Shown: one piece after another, positions 26,641 to 41,691 of the stretch | Position numbering within the stretch: the first letter of the stretch is position 1 | Layout: the number at the start of each line of letters is the position of its first letter | DNA from: Stegostoma tigrinum | Lineage: Eukaryota | Reading direction: 5' to 3' | Assembly (NCBI RefSeq): GCF_030684315.1 | Contig: NC_081390.1 | Location: 20,401,291 to 20,465,290, forward strand | Length of the DNA stretch: 64,000 nucleotides | Notes under the pieces: generated by a model | Told to the model about the DNA's origin: nothing | Databases searched by the model: none | Seen by the model: the letters and a program-made list of their open reading frames with translations, nothing else | Position numbers and translations under genes: made by a program

Positions 26641-28244
26641 TGATTTAAGGCAAGTTCTGCAGTTCTGAAGAGTATGGGACTCAAAAGTTTCAGCTAATAA
26701 TACAACATTTGTTCGAGATGGAAAAGTAGGAACAGAGCTGCAATTCGGTGATTGCCTCCTCACAGTAAAGTTTTAGACCAATACTGAAACAAAGCCTAGG
26801 CAGTAAGATGCTACCTTATGTAACCAAAAGACTGCTGCATGTTAGGGATCCTTGACAGCATGGTTACAACTTAAATACATAAAAGGTCATAGCAGAAAAA
26901 GTTTGAAAGGCCTCAAAGAACAAAATAGAACAGAAAATTGCGGTGTGCACACGTTAGAATTCAGAGAATGGTGGAACCTGAGAAATGCACAATATAGTGG
27001 ATCACAATATCCTGGTGAAACTAACAGCATTAATTCAGCTGTGACCACAAACTGGTTTACCGATACACATGTTTCAGTGAAATTCAAAAATCTTTATTTT
27101 TCATTTTTAAAATTGATCTTATGTACATGAATACTTTAAAACAACTTCCTTTTTTTCTCAATTGTAATTTAAAAAAATAGCAAGTCCTCAGTCACTGAGA
27201 ACAAGGCTATTTCTAATAATGTCAACCTGTACTTCACACCACAGTAAGCTCATTAAAGAGCACATATGACAAATACGCATAAAATTAAAGTGAAAGTAAC
27301 AAAGAAGAAAATAAATTAACTAGCCAATGTTTGAAATTGTAATAATTCTATATTGTGAAAAATATTCAATACTGTCAGTGTTACAATTTATAAAACACTA
27401 GTATTTGAAAATCTAGTTACTGTAGCTTATGAAACTGCCTGGATCTTTCTTCCAGTTTTGCTTAGGCTCTACTGGCCAATGGCCTCTTCCTACATGAGCT
27501 GGAGGTCAGGGATGCTAAATCACTAGTGTGGTGGTTAATTCTATATCCAGATATTCAGGAGGAAGAAAATTATTCCCCTGTTACCAAATGCAGCCATGAC
27601 ATTACATTTCATAACAGATTACATTATCCACAGCATAGGCATTAGCAAAAATTGAAAACCACTGGTGTACAAAATAAAACCAAAACAGGAAAAGAAATCA
27701 GTCCTACATGGATGAAAACAATAATAGTGACCTGCCTAGTAAACTTGGAGGTATTCCCATGTGCTAGAAAAAAAAACAAAATTTATTTGAGCAATATAAT
27801 GGTAAAATACCAAGGAGGCATCGAGTTGTAAATTTTTGCCTATGGGAAACATTCTGTAATCAGTGAGATCTAGAACTAATTACGACTCACTGATGTACCT
27901 CTGGTTAGAAACCAAAATCTTTCAAATCAACCTCCATTCAGCAGGCAAAGTCCAAGGCACATATACTCAAAATGATCAGTGCTTGCATTTACAATGAGCC
28001 ATGCAAATAATTTGAAGTAATTCTTTGGCATCCACTTATTAAAATTAATTCATCCCATTCTGAAAATGTGAATTGCTTCAAAAGCACACAAATTAAATTC
28101 AGCTCCTCCACCCATTTGTTCAACAAAAAGCAACTGTACTCACAAAATATTCCAACATTCAGGCCCCCTTTGTGCGAAAACTCAAATGCTTATTTTAACA
28201 AAATGTGTTATACATCAGAAATTAATGTTATATTCCATCAACAT

Positions 28245-28436
28245 TTTAGATTAGATTGGATTCCCTGTAGTGTGGAAACAGGCCCTTCGGCCCAACAAGT
28301 CCACACCACCCCTTGGAGCATCCCACCCAGACCCATCCCCCTATAACCCACGCATCCCTGAACACTATGGGCAATTTAGCACGGCCAATCCACCTAGCCT
28401 GCACATCTTTAGACTGTGGGAGGAAACCGTAGCACG
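28245..28436 (-). mobile_element. V-SINE/HE1-type SINE, 5'-truncated
   Basis: 3' half with (ttaga)n tail. Confidence 0.82.
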
Positions 28437-31157
28437 TGAAAAATAAATGGATCAGTAGTTGATTCCATAGTTAGTAACCCAACAGTGAGGTACAATGCCT
28501 TCATTAGGAGGTAACTTTTATTCTACTATTTCCCACCAATAAATAGGATAATTACACAAATTGAAGAAAACTGTTTAATGGGAGGAGGCAGCACTTTCAA
28601 TTTGAAGGCAGAATGGTTGTGATGCTATGAACATTTAACAAAACATCACGCACCACATATTCTGAAAACGACTGACTTCTGCAGTAAACACAAGTAATAT
28701 TCACATCAATCACACCATATACATTTGGTCCCACGCTTGTGTCCAAATGCAGTTTCTTGAAGTAATTTAAGAAATTCCGCTACCCATAGGAGGACCTTTT
28801 CAAAAATCTTAATAATTTCAAACAATAACTAAGAAATGTGATTAGAGTGCAAACTGCTTGTGTCAAAAATAGCCAAAAACACTCAACACACCAGAATAAG
28901 CCTTTTTGATTTATGGAGTTAATAAATCATACCTCAATTGCAAGATTGATATTTCATAAAGCTTGGGAAATGACTGAAAACCTGAGATAAATTGAACTGC
29001 TGAATTTTCAAAGAGAGCTTTGGTCTCCCTCAGGCACCAATTAACCCTGCTCCAACATGTACACTGCTCAGTGATTGACAGTGCCAAAGTAACCCTGAAG
29101 CACTGTACCCCAGTGACCAAATGATAAACTATCAAGTAACCTTGAAAAGACAGAGGATGCATTTCCAAGTTAGCACATAAATGAATCTTAAAAACAAAAG
29201 GTCTACAATGGCAACTCTCAAGGTACCAACACAGACAGCACACCTCAAGAACATATTAATGAACATGATTTTTATAGCATCATCTTCCACAATCCTTCGA
29301 TTGTTATAAAAGTCAGATAGGTTTCCCTGGTGTGTTAGACCCATATGCAGCACATTTCACGCTTGGAAACTCTTCTGCTTTTAAATTATTGAATGTATTA
29401 ATTCTCCAAACATTCAACACTTGGAATATATTAAGAATTTTTTTCTGACATCACAGATTTCTTTGCCACGATTTATTGTGGCAACTGCTTCTTACCATAA
29501 ATACACATCTGCACTAATGCAAAAGGCTTACGCTAGCTGTTTCAATTACAAATGCATATGAGTATGTAGTGAAAATAAAATAGAAAGCACTGGTTTCACA
29601 TGAGGACTAAATTATAGCAGTGCGTCATAGCTTCTTCACCCCTTCACCTCAAGTACTCCATGACCTGCAGACTACACTTGATCTTACCTCAATGTGGAAA
29701 TGCCAGGCAGATCAGCTTGTGGTACACAAATCAAAGGAGGAGGTATGTTGAGCTTATATAAAACGTTCGTTGGACCATGTTTTAACTGCAGTATGGTGCA
29801 GGATTCTGATCGCCATGTTGCAGAAAAAGTTACAAAAGAAAGGGTACGAGCTAAAACAAAAGATTCACAAGGATGGTAGAAACAAAGCACAGATATTGGG
29901 GAATACTGTTCATTTTAGGGCCTCTTCTTTAGGAGAAGAGGATGAGATGTACTTAACAGAGCAGTTTAAAACTAGGAATAAAGCTTTTTTTGTTCTTTCG
30001 TGGATGTAGGTGCCGCAGCACAGCCAGCACCGGTGGCTCATGCTCAATTACCTTGAAGTTAGGTCATTTCAGAGGGAAGATAGCAGTTAGCGTCATTGCT
30101 GCACATCTGGAATCAAATGTAGCCCAAAGCAGGATTTTCCCCCTCCTAGAACACATTAGTGAACCAGATGGAATTTTACAACAATTGATGACAGCAGCCA
30201 TGAAACTCTTTATAAACTCTGGTTTAATAATTGCACTCAGTCATCAGCTGTCACGTTAGAAGTGAACACCGCATTAGAGCATTACCTTGGGTCTCTGGAT
30301 TACTGGTCCAGTTGCAGTACTACTGCACGACCATCTCCTTCAAATGTAGAGAACATTCCACTTTTGGAGATTTGTTGCGAGGGAACACAAATAGAAGATA
30401 ATCACCTCAATTCAAATGGGAATTCTGGAGACTCTATAGGTATTGAGGCCAGCAGGTCAGACAGCAATCGAGAAGCAGGCAATGTTTGAAAACCCTTCAT
30501 CAGGATCAGAGAAACTTTTTCATTTAGAAAGTGGTGAGAATGTGGAACTCAATGAAGTGAACAGCATAAATGTTTTAAAGGGGAAGCTAGATAATCACAC
30601 AATTGATAAAAAAAGCTTATATTGATAGAGGGTTAGGGCTCATATAGAACAGAAATCTGCTGGACCAAAAGACGCATTTATTTGCTGTAGGGACTACATA
30701 AAATTCCTGTGGTTAAAAATCTTTAACTCTTTTGAAAGGTACAAAGAATAGTAAATTTAACTTGATATAAACATCAAATGTAATATTCAGTGACATTTAA
30801 AATATACATCTCTCTATATTGCAATTGGAGAGAAAAGCCTTGGCTTACAGCTTTTGCCCGATTGTAGGGAATAAATATGTATGAAACTTGTCTTAGCACT
30901 TCCTATCTTCAATCTCAAACCATGTTTCATAAATTGAAACCAGTTTTGAATTTTCCATTTAACACCATTTTTGGCATACTGGAAACAGTATGCAAGATTA
31001 CTGAATCCTAGAAAAGTTATAAGAACTGGTTTTCAATAAAAAAAATCTTTATATAAAAGTAAGGATCCAAAAATCTACATGAGAATTGCATTCACAAAAT
31101 GCAGTCTAAGTGGTAGTGTTTGGCTAATGCCCTGATTCTAAAGCAGCAGTTCCACTG

Positions 31158-31302
31158 TCAGTGTCTGTTCCTCTTCATTATCAGTTGATGAACGTAATCC
31201 CATAGTTTACTTGGGTCCGTCTCATTTTGGTGAATCATATTGCTCAGAGCTTCAGCTTGGTCAAGGCTCTGCCAGTAATCTTGATGCCACATTTCTTTCC
31301 AA
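31158..31302 (-). CDS. FUT11: FUT11 last coding exon
   Basis: Acceptor ctttccttgcag|T completes the Ser codon. Reads (S)[47 protein letters not shown], matching the FUT11 C-terminus. Total CDS 1467 nt = 488 aa. Not in the ORF track. Confidence 0.95.
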
Positions 31303-33039
31303 CTGCAAGGAAAGAGTTAAACAAGATTAGAATGTTACGGCAGGGGGAGATTTGACAAGAAATAGTTTGATTGGTAATCCTGCAGAACAATCCTAAAACT
31401 GCAGACAGTAAAGTTTAAGTCCACTGCACTGAATTAAAACATAAATAACTCCAGGGTTTTTGTCCTCGGTCTGATCTGGAGTAGATTGAGGAGCTTCCTG
31501 CTATCAACCCTACATTTGCCCATTGCTAGTCTGAGCTGGTAACCACATCACTGATTTGAAGAATGAGCAAAAATTTGACTGTCAATCAATATTTTCAATG
31601 GCGACGAGAAATGGAAGAAACAATTTCCCAAAGTGGGAAGAAGTGGTTTGCCACAATGCTCCAATCATTCCAGATGTGGAAGTCTTGATGGTTCAGCTGG
31701 TTTTTCTGCATGACAATTTTGTATGTTCAATACTGCCTTTTAAAAAAGAAACATCTATGAAACTCCAGTCTTGTACTAGAGCCACCCATTTTTATAAATA
31801 ATTGAACTATTTTAATCTCCTATGCACGACTAGGAGTAAACAGGTTCTCACTACATCTAATTCATTTATAATTAGAGTAGCATGATGTATACTAGCCTCT
31901 TGCATGATGTTAATTGTAATTGCTCTACTACTGGTGGCCGTATCTTCACCTGCACGAGCATGAAACCATAGAATTCCCTCCTTAAATATGTTAGTTCCTC
32001 CTTTGTGATGTCCTTTAAAACCTCTGACTAAAAACTTTGTCTTATCTGTCCCAATGTTAGTGACAGCATCTAATCCTGTCATTTAATATTCCAGGAAGCA
32101 TCTTGAAAGGTTTACTTTTGATTCTCAGATTATCTTCTTAATTCGGAGTTGCACTACTTTATTTTTGTCTATATTGACCTGTTATCTCCATCTACCTGCC
32201 TGTCCTGATGTAGTCGCTTCTCATTCCTTTTATTTTAAAAGCATACAGATACTTTCACTCAAATGGCAATGACTCCCTATAATAAATTGTCTAAGCATAC
32301 TTCAAGACTTTGAATGACAGTGTGCAATTTAAGATTTTGCCTCCAAATTATTTGAACTGCATTTTCTATGAATGCAATGAATCATCCACCCTTCTGTTGT
32401 ACACTAACACACAAAACTGATTTTTTTTGGAAAAGTACTTTCAGAATCTTCAAAATAAACTAAGCATTATATAATGCAATTAGAATTTGGCACTGCAGTA
32501 AATTTGGATTATCAGTAGAATAGGTACAATAGCATTTGATGAATGCAGTACCCAAGAGCACTAGAGACAGGAGCAGGACATTCAACCCAAATGCTTTATG
32601 CCAGTGTTTATGCTCCACATGTGGAGCAATGTGCAAAGGTAAGGAAAAGACTTATCAAATTTACCTCATGCTTATCAGCTTCTTCAATAAATCTTAAGTG
32701 GCCCCTGTGACAATGAATTTTACGCCTGAATTACTGTCTGGGTAGAGAAAGTTTCACTCAAATTCTCTGCTAGATTTCATGTTTATGGCTTCCAGTGATT
32801 CCTTTCACAAGTAGAGACACGCGCAGTATTATTCTATTAAATCCTTTATAGTATTTATCCCTCAACTTTCTCATTTCTATAAAAGAACAGTCTTCTATAT
32901 TCAATCTTCCTTGATAGGTTTGACCTGTCTGAATTGGTTCCATTTCAACTGTTCCTTACACCAGCTTCAGTGCCTCTACTCTAACTTAAAGTACAGATCA
33001 TAACTATGCAGAGATATACAAGTGTGTTTGTTTCCTTTG

Positions 33040-33695
33040 ATTTTTTTGTTTTTTGTTACCTCCATGACAAGACGACACTATACAGCTGGACAACACCAGT
33101 CACCCTGCTGTACATCAGAGATGACCACAAGACTACTTAGACCCCTAGGTAGCACGCCAACCAAAAAACACCCTGCGACAGCTATTGACGAATGCAAAGG
33201 ATCCCATACCCACGTGTAATGAAAGGTAATAAAATACCATGCAAGGACTATGAAAAAAATTATGGGCCAAACTGGAAGAAAACTGACCAATAAAAAGATA
33301 CACGAACTCGAACTAGCCACCAAGAGACACGATCAATTCTCACTAGTCTCAATGCACACAGACAAAGAAGGACACGAATTCGACTGGGGCAATGCATCTA
33401 GCCAAACAAAGACATGCCAGGGAATTCCAGGAGGCCTGGCATTCCAACCGGAATTCTGTCAATAAACACACTGAACTGGGCCCAATATACAAACCACCCA
33501 AAAAGACAGAACCGGAAGTGATGCCAACCGAGGTATATAAACAACAAGTGGGACGGAACACCAACGCTTCACAGGAGGTGCACTGACGACATTACCGAGC
33601 AGGGTAATGAAACGTCTGCAATCAAACACACTGGCTCAGCGAGCAAGTCTACATCCTCATCCACAAACCGGGCTACAAATCTTCTCAAAAACTTT
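33040..33695 (+). mobile_element. Penelope-like element, second family (degenerate GIY-YIG + hammerhead), in FUT11 intron 2
   Basis: Frameshifted GQTGRKL..IHE..LATKRHD..SLVS.H...H.FDW and AREF.EAWHS...NKH, followed by a hammerhead core. Confidence 0.8.
33583..33616 (+). ncRNA. Minimal hammerhead ribozyme core (second PLE family)
   Basis: tgca-CTGACGA-cATTACCgagcagGGTAAT-GAAACGTC-tgca; 6-bp stem II and 4-bp stem I. Confidence 0.65.
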
Positions 33696-36600
33696 CTAGA
33701 TCTTCGCCAACATTTGGGCTGTTATACAATTAGTGTTCCTTATTATTTTACAGGCATGTAAAACGACACCACTTCTATATTTAAAATATCATTTTTTAAA
33801 TTTAAAAATCACAATTTTTCACAGAAAGTGTCAAAATTTAACGCTTAGCCACACAAGAATATTTGGACAAGTCACCAAAAGCTTGAGGGACTTCAGGGAC
33901 ATCTTAAAAAGGAGCAGAGGTAAAGAGGGGGAAGAAGAGATTCAGTTGGAGTTCAGGCAAAGTGGAGGTAGGGTTGCCAAAGGCTGAGTAATAAAATACC
34001 ATTCACGAGGCCACGATTGGTTTTAGGGTAGGAGACCTTGTAAGAGCTGGTGGATGCTACCGACAGGACTGTAGTAGTGGAAGGATTTCTAAAAGTAAAC
34101 TTTTAGAGAGCTCTGAGAAACTATAAAGATAGCCATTGTGCAGCAGGATAGTTAACGTTTAATTGACTCGCATAGGAAATCACACATGGGCAAACAAGCG
34201 GGAAACTGGGAATACTTTGACAGTATTCCACACTGCTTTTGAGTCTGTCTCTTGCTTTGATGTGTTTCAATCAAGGAGAGAAAAAAAAAATCAACACTTC
34301 ATGAACCAAGCTAACAGGGTGACTTTGTAACGAGGAATGAAACTGGGCAGAGCAAAGTAGACTGGAAGGTTTCCAATTGATTTTATTACAGGACGGGCAA
34401 TTTCTTTAAATGGACGTTTTACACCAAAATGAAATCTGGCTGCACTAAGTGGTGGGATGACTCAAGATTCTGAGCATATCAGTGCAGAGTTTCTAAAATT
34501 GCCAGCCATACATCTCAAAAAATACCGACAAGCTAGGTTTAATAGTATGTTGCAGTGGAACAACACGTCATTTCATCTGAGAAAAAGCTTTCTTCGAAGA
34601 AAGCAGGCCTCAAATTCATACATTTTGGCAGCCATTGCATAGCTATTTCCTACCTTTTAAAAAAAAAAGGTCTTTGCATTTAATCCTCTTCTACCTTATT
34701 AAAGGCCCTATGCTGCTACATCCTGGCTACTGTGTAAGGGAAGGCTTGCATTGAAATAGAATCTTACACAAACTCTGACCACACCAAGCTGTTTCATAAT
34801 CAATGAAATCCATAAATACCAGTATTTAAGCAGGTAGAAAGAAGATGGGTGCCAAACAGATGGCCTTTGGGAAAACAAACTGCATGGTGCCAAGTATGCC
34901 ATAGAGCAAATTACATATGAATTTGCAAGCCTTCTATGAACTTCTGTTTTGCAGAATCACAGTGCACAAATTGTGACTGACTGCCATAACAAATCACCAT
35001 CTGCAGGATCAAAACCATAGAACTCTCGATCCCCTCATCAGTCTATCCAAAATTTTAAAAAATCAATAGTATTTTCAACTTTACATCTTGCATGACAATA
35101 TCAATTCTCTTGATTTATCATTTTATGTATGTTTTGGTACATTTGGTAAGTTAGGCCATTTCCTGTATGTCACTCCTCAATTTTATATAGAAGCATACTC
35201 TAGATCAAGGTCATTTTACAAAAACGTATCCTGTATTTATAGTCAATTCTATTAACCAACCACGCTATGCTTGATCCAGCAGATCTATCCATACTCTAAC
35301 TCAACCTTTGATACATTTTCAATAAGATTGAGTGTTGACACAGCTATGGCCTATAACCCCAACAAGAGTAACCATAATTCTGTTGCATAGAATTATCAAC
35401 CATCTTACCGATGCATTCTTCATATTCGAATAAGCCATTGCTATTGCTGAAAGAGAGTACAATGCTTTCTTCTGACACTTGAAACCATTCAGCAAAGTTT
35501 GGGTTTTTTAAAAAACCCTTCTCATCAAAACCATCTTTGCATGGCTAAACAATGATCAACATAATAAATGTTGTGGATCAAGTGAAGTAACAATTTCCTC
35601 GAAAGCACCTCCCAAATCCACGTATGACATCTATATACACACCAGGAACACCACCACCTGCAAGTTCTCTTCCAAGTCAGCGTGAAAGTTCCAATATAAC
35701 TGTGTCAAGGCATAAACATACCACATATTTGATCAGAGTGCCCTGGGATGCTTTACTTTAGGATTGCTATAAAAGTTTTTTTTAAAAATTGCAATCTGCA
35801 GGAATAGCTTTCCAACAGTTTCATATTGAAGGTGCCTAACAAAAACAAACATCTATTGGTGCAGTCCTTATTTGCCTATTCACATCTATTATAACCTTGA
35901 AAACCTCCCACTATATGCAGTTGCCACGTAATTGTTGTATGACTCCATGGCTGAATTTCAATTGTAAAATGAACTGCACAATATATCAAAGCAAATTAAA
36001 AATACCAGAAAACATGTAGGTCAACATTGGCACATGTACCAACTCACCTTAGTTTCGTGCAGTTTAATCCATAACTCTTAGTATTATCAGCAACTCCCTA
36101 TTGCCTCTTTTCAGCATGCCAAAGTTCAAAACCAAGCTTCTAATTCAAACTCTCCTAATCTCCCATTATTTCTCTATTAAACAAGGAAAATGTTTCATTA
36201 AGTTTCAAGCTTAAAGGATCTAAAACATCAACAAAATTGTCAGTTAAAAATTGACAGCTAGCTAAACAGCTCATATTATCGTAATGTCCTTAAGCACCCA
36301 CTCCTTGCTTGATCTTGCCCTGGACAGATCATATCATCACACTTTACATCACCAGCTGCAGTAGGTAAACCAGAAGCCTCATTACATAATTCATGCAAAT
36401 ATCTGCTAACATGATGGGAATAGTTACAACTGGACTGAAACTTTTGAAGCAGCTGAGGTTACCACTGCCAGTAAGAGACAATGTAGGATCACAGATGGAT
36501 CTGAACAAGGGAAGGTCATTCAGCCCACTGTGACTGTACCTGGTGGTCAAGCCTACATTCTCCCCACAGCTTGTATCCTTGTGACTGACTGAGATACACA

Positions 36601-38112
36601 TCACTGCTTTTAACAGAATGTAATCTGGCTCCCATCGTCTCCTGCTGTTGTCGTTTCAGCAGTGTAAATCCGCCCATAGAATCCTTTTAAACAGAAGTTC
36701 TCAACAAGGATCTGCAAAAATTGATAAGGGGTGCAAAGAATATGCAGAAGTAAGTCTTGGGCAGTCTGTCCACACCTTTCGCCAATCAATTTTACAAAGA
36801 ATTTTCTCTTAGGGGTACTATTCAATTCATGCAATGGGCAGAGAGTATTTCACCCATTCACAGGCACAAAGAGGCTTACAGCTGTAGTATGCCTCTCATC
36901 CAAGGTTTAACCTGATAAATAGCACAATCCTCAAGTTTCCCATTAAGAAAGCAAAATAAAAATAATGCATATACTGAATTGCACATTAAATTTTTAAACA
37001 AAAGCAACATGTTCTTTTACAGAGGGTAATGGAGTTTGCTGTAAGAGTATAGACCTCAGATGGGAAAATGTTGACAATCCAGATCTGGGCACTGCCCAAG
37101 ACATACTAGGGTTAAATAAAACAACAAACTGTGGAGGACAGAGATGTGAAACAAGCAAAATAAATAAATAAATAAAATCGCTGGATAAAGTCAGTTGATC
37201 TGCCAGCATCTGTGAGGAGAAAAGTTAGCTTTCGATTCCAGAGACTTGAAATTAGGTCACTGGGCTTGAAATTTTAGGTGCTTTCTCTCCAAGATCTGCT
37301 GAGTTTTTCCAGCGATTTGTTTTTTGCTTGTTATATGCTACTGCAAGTGTGCTTTTCTACATCTTTGCCTTTGTTCCTATAATTTCCAAATTCTGTCCAC
37401 TCGCAATTCCTCCCCATCAAACCCATTTCTAATTAAGGATATCATATTGTAATGAAGGTGTGAATTATCTATATTTTAATATAATTTAGAGGCACGTGAG
37501 TTTTGGCTTGGGTAGCTGAAGGGGCTAAACTATCAGCTTGTCCGTGTTTCTTAGGGACCCACTTGGGGCGCAACGGTGGTGTCCCTACCCTAGATGAGGT
37601 GGCTTCGGTTCAAGTCCAACCTGCTCCATAAGGTGCGTAGTTACATCTCTTGAATGGGTTGAACAGAAAAACAGGTTACATTTAGAAAAACTGTTTCTGC
37701 AGGACAGATGATCTGGTGATAGAAAAGAAATATTTGGGTGCGTGTAAGAGTTCTGGGTGTTAAAAATAAGTGTTTCTGTTGTCGTGGTGATGTGTTTTAA
37801 AAAACATAGTCTGAGAGATAGTTCTTGGAGGCTCATGGGAAATTGTTTCCATGAAGCGCATTTTATCAGGGGACAAAGTCAACAGTTGTGAATTAGGCTC
37901 CCAGTTTAGACTGTCAGACATTGATTTCTTTTTCAGTTTGGGAAAGATCTACAGTATGGGGTTAATAAAAGTAGCTTTTGGATTTCAGTTTGGCAGTTCT
38001 ACAGAAGACTTGGTCAAAGCTGGCTGTATGAACCAGGTGTACTGCTGAAAAGAGATCATTTAGAATGGTTAAGAAATAAGTTCCTTAGCATAAGCTGACA
38101 ATGTTGACTTAC

Positions 38113-38738
38113 CTGTCATTTTCAGGAATCTCATCAATACTTCCATACCCAGGGACTGGAAGTGGACAGCCCATATGATTGTAGGCAGCTATTCTAGGGG
38201 CTGGCAGTTTAAACTTATCTGGCTGCTGTCTGTGAGCTTCCTCCGCCTGCAGTCGTCCATTTTCCTTCTCACAAACAAAGCACTCAAACCCATTTAAATA
38301 GTTAGGCTTGTTAATATCGTTCACACCCCATTCCCTCTGTTCTAAACTCTCCACAAGCAGAGTGTTGCTGATGCCACCTGGCTGTTTATACTCTAGATAC
38401 TTCAAATACTCGTCGTCATTTTGGTCAAGGAAATTTATATAGTCTGCCAAATCCTTCGGTGATTCAAAGTCATCAATTAGAATTACAGAATGTGAATTGG
38501 GCATCCAGTCTTGTACCACTGGGGAGCCACGATAGATTGGCACAGCTCCCAAGTGCATGGGGCGCCACAATTTCTCAGTCATATAATCGTCACATATCGC
38601 GTTCTCCATGGCGAGGTGAAATTTATACTGGCTTACGAAAACCATGAACTCTGCATCTTCGGTTGTGGCTGTTAGCGTGTCGATCAATCGATCATGAGGC
38701 AGGTTCTTGTTTTGCAGACACTGACCATAAGAATCAAT
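38113..38738 (-). CDS. FUT11: FUT11 coding exon 2 (contains the alpha-1,3-FucT motif)
   Basis: Acceptor TAG|ATT. Reads [11 protein letters not shown]...[34 protein letters not shown]...IPEND. Donor AG|GTAAGT, 626 nt, phase 2. Confidence 0.97.
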
Positions 38739-39107
38739 CTACATGTGACAGAAGGAAACAAAGTTGAACTACGGTCAGTCAATGAGCATCTCAAGGGTCA
38801 TTTTACATTAGAGTTGAGGTAAAAGAAACGGATGTCCGGTTTATCAATAGTAGAGGTGAAATCTGGGCAGAATAAAAAATAACTAACGGTGGATAGCTCT
38901 TACCAATGGAAGAACAAAAAGGCATTTTTTTGGCTGTAAAAGAAGACAGGTATATCAGGAATACGCAGAGGGTGATCAGATATCCTGCTTTCAAATGACA
39001 ATCCTACTTCTTCAGAAACAAAAACAGAAGTTGCTGGAAAAGCTTAGTGGGTCTGGCAGCATCTGTGAAAAAATAAAAGCAGAGTTAACATGTCAGGTCC
39101 AGGTCTG

Positions 39108-39465
39108 GGGTATGTGATGGCATAGCAGTATTACTGCTAGATTATTAACCCAGGAGACCCAACTAATGTTCTGGGGACCTGGGTTCGAATCCTGCCATGG
39201 TAGACGGCAGAATTTGAATTCAATATTAAATCTGGAAATAAGAGCCTAATGATGATCACGAAACCATTGCCGATTATCAGGAAAAGCCCATCTGGTTCAC
39301 CAATGTCTTTTAGGGAATGAAATCTGCCATCCTTACATGATGTGGCCAACATGCAATTCCAGATCCACAGCAGGGGCGTTGACTCTGAACTGCCCTCTGA
39401 GCAATTAGGAATGGGCAATAAATGCTGGTCTAGCTAGTGACGCCCACATCCCATGAATGAATTTT
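39108..39465 (+). mobile_element. Second tRNA-derived SINE family (partial copies at ~16562, ~46805, ~10080, ~30040)
   Basis: B-box gggttcgaatcc; tail gggcaataaatgctgg..gacgcccacatcccatgaatgaat. Confidence 0.7.
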
Positions 39466-41383
39466 TAAAAACTGCCTTGGTTTACACCTTTTAGTTAAGG
39501 TCTAAACCATGGCTGGAGGAGAAAGTATATGAAAATTCTTCCTGCTAAACAATTTTCCACTACACACAGTCAACCTGTATCCCTCACTCCCATCACCCCC
39601 TTGACACTATTAAGAGTGGTATCACTAACCTCTTGGCACCACTGTGAAGAAGTCTTTAAATAATCCACATAATAGTGTTGCCACCATGGCTGGACATATT
39701 ACAGCTCTGATCAAAAGTCACTGTACTTGAAATATTAACTCTTCTTTCTTCTTACAGATGCTGCCCGACCTGCTGAGTTTTGTCAGCAATTTTTTTTTGG
39801 CTTTCAGATCTCCAGTCTTATGCTTTGGTGTTCTGGAGATGCTATCACATGATCTCCCATCAAACACTACCACCCTCAGACACCTGCCATTGGTCAGCCA
39901 ACATGGTATCTATCAAAGAACTCTGTCTTTTAATTGTGTCCCAGTTTTGTCTTTCGCCAATCTGGTCACCCTAGTTGAGCAAAAACTCAATTTCACACAA
40001 AATCCATGCTTATGGTGTAAACACAAGTTCAAACACAGTTAGTATCAAAACACTAATTTAGAACAGTTACTTTCAGTCAGCCAGTCACTGTTAACACTAG
40101 AAAATTAATGTAATCATGAGGTACTTTTGGCCACCGAACCATAAGGATCCTACTAAAGCATTGGAAAATGAACAGAACAGTAAACTGTAGTGATTGTAAC
40201 AAGGTCAGCCAGGTAGACATCATAGAATAAGAATTCCCTGACTGGTACTGTTAATCTGGCTCATCTGGTCATTTTAGTCAAAAACAGAGATGACAACAAT
40301 GCCCTCAGTTCCTTTGTCCAGATCATTAATGCATTGCAAAACACTATGGCCCCAACACTGAGACCCGCGGAACTCTACTGATCACCAGATGCCATCCTGA
40401 AAAAGACCCCTTTACCCCCACTCTGCCTGATGCCAATGGGACAATTCTCTGTCTATGCCACTACATTGCTTCTAATACCACAGGCTCTGGTCTCCTTTAG
40501 TAGCTCCCTGTGCTGCACCTTGTCGAAGGCCTTGTGGCCTTGTCTGGATGGCAGATAAACTACCAAACAAAACCTTAAACAAGGTATGATGCTCTTTATT
40601 GCTACAGAACTTAAACATCCAATATTGAGAAAAACACAAATAGGATCTATTAGACTAAAAGACACAAGATTCAATGTTTAAATAGAAATGGAGTTTGAAT
40701 GGCAAACAAAAACTGCAACAATACTGCCGTGACAATCAGCATCGAATATTTCAAAACAGCTTTAATGTTATCGACAGTTGACTGTACTTAGTTCTGAAGT
40801 GAATGTTGTGATTTCTCCTCTTATTTGTAGATTTACACTGCCACCTACTGTAAAGTTACATTGCGTCTTGCACCCCTTCAAGTAGGCTGGGTATAATTTA
40901 CTACTTTGGATGAACTTTCACTAATGTTAGGACAGTACCAGCTCTACAGTGAAGATCTGTCTAATCTTCCCTCAAAGTTTAAGAAAAAAAGGTGCATTGC
41001 AAATTCATATAAACTAAAAGTAAGCAATCATCCCCTTCAAGCCTAGTCCAATTTTACATTTTATTTGGAATAATTTTGTCCCCAAACTCCAAAATTCATC
41101 AAATGCTTCAAGCAACAGGCTCATTTTCATTGCATGAGGAGAGAAGAGTAATGTTCTCTGGAGGATTTTCATTAAAAAGATGAATACAATTCATAAAACT
41201 TCCACTACAAAAGTTACATCAGATACAACACATTGTCTGAAATTAGATCTATATTTAGTTTTATTACTACAGGTAGTCAGATTACTCCAATTCCCTATTT
41301 TGCTCTTTCTTGAGGAACAGCAAGATATAGGCTGCATTTATCACATTGCTGAAAAGCTAAAATTATAAGTGAATTTCTTTTTT

Positions 41384-41691
41384 CAGAATCACTACAAGTG
41401 TGGAGGCAGGCCAATTTGGCCCATCAGGTCCACATCAACAAGCCCAAAAAAAAACAATTCTATCCAGACCGGCTCCCTCACCCTATCCCTGTAGCTTTGC
41501 AATTCCCAAGGCTAATCTACCTAACCCTCACATCTTTGGGCTGACAGAAGTAACCAAAGCACCTGAAGGAAACCTTCATAGACATGGCAGAAGGCATGCG
41601 TGGAACTTGCACAGTTGCCAAAGGTGGAATTGAACCCAGGTACCTGGTGTTATGAAGCAGCTGTGCTAACCACTGAGACACTGCGCCACCC
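41384..41691 (-). mobile_element. V-SINE/HE1-type SINE
   Basis: Diverged reverse copy. Confidence 0.75.
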
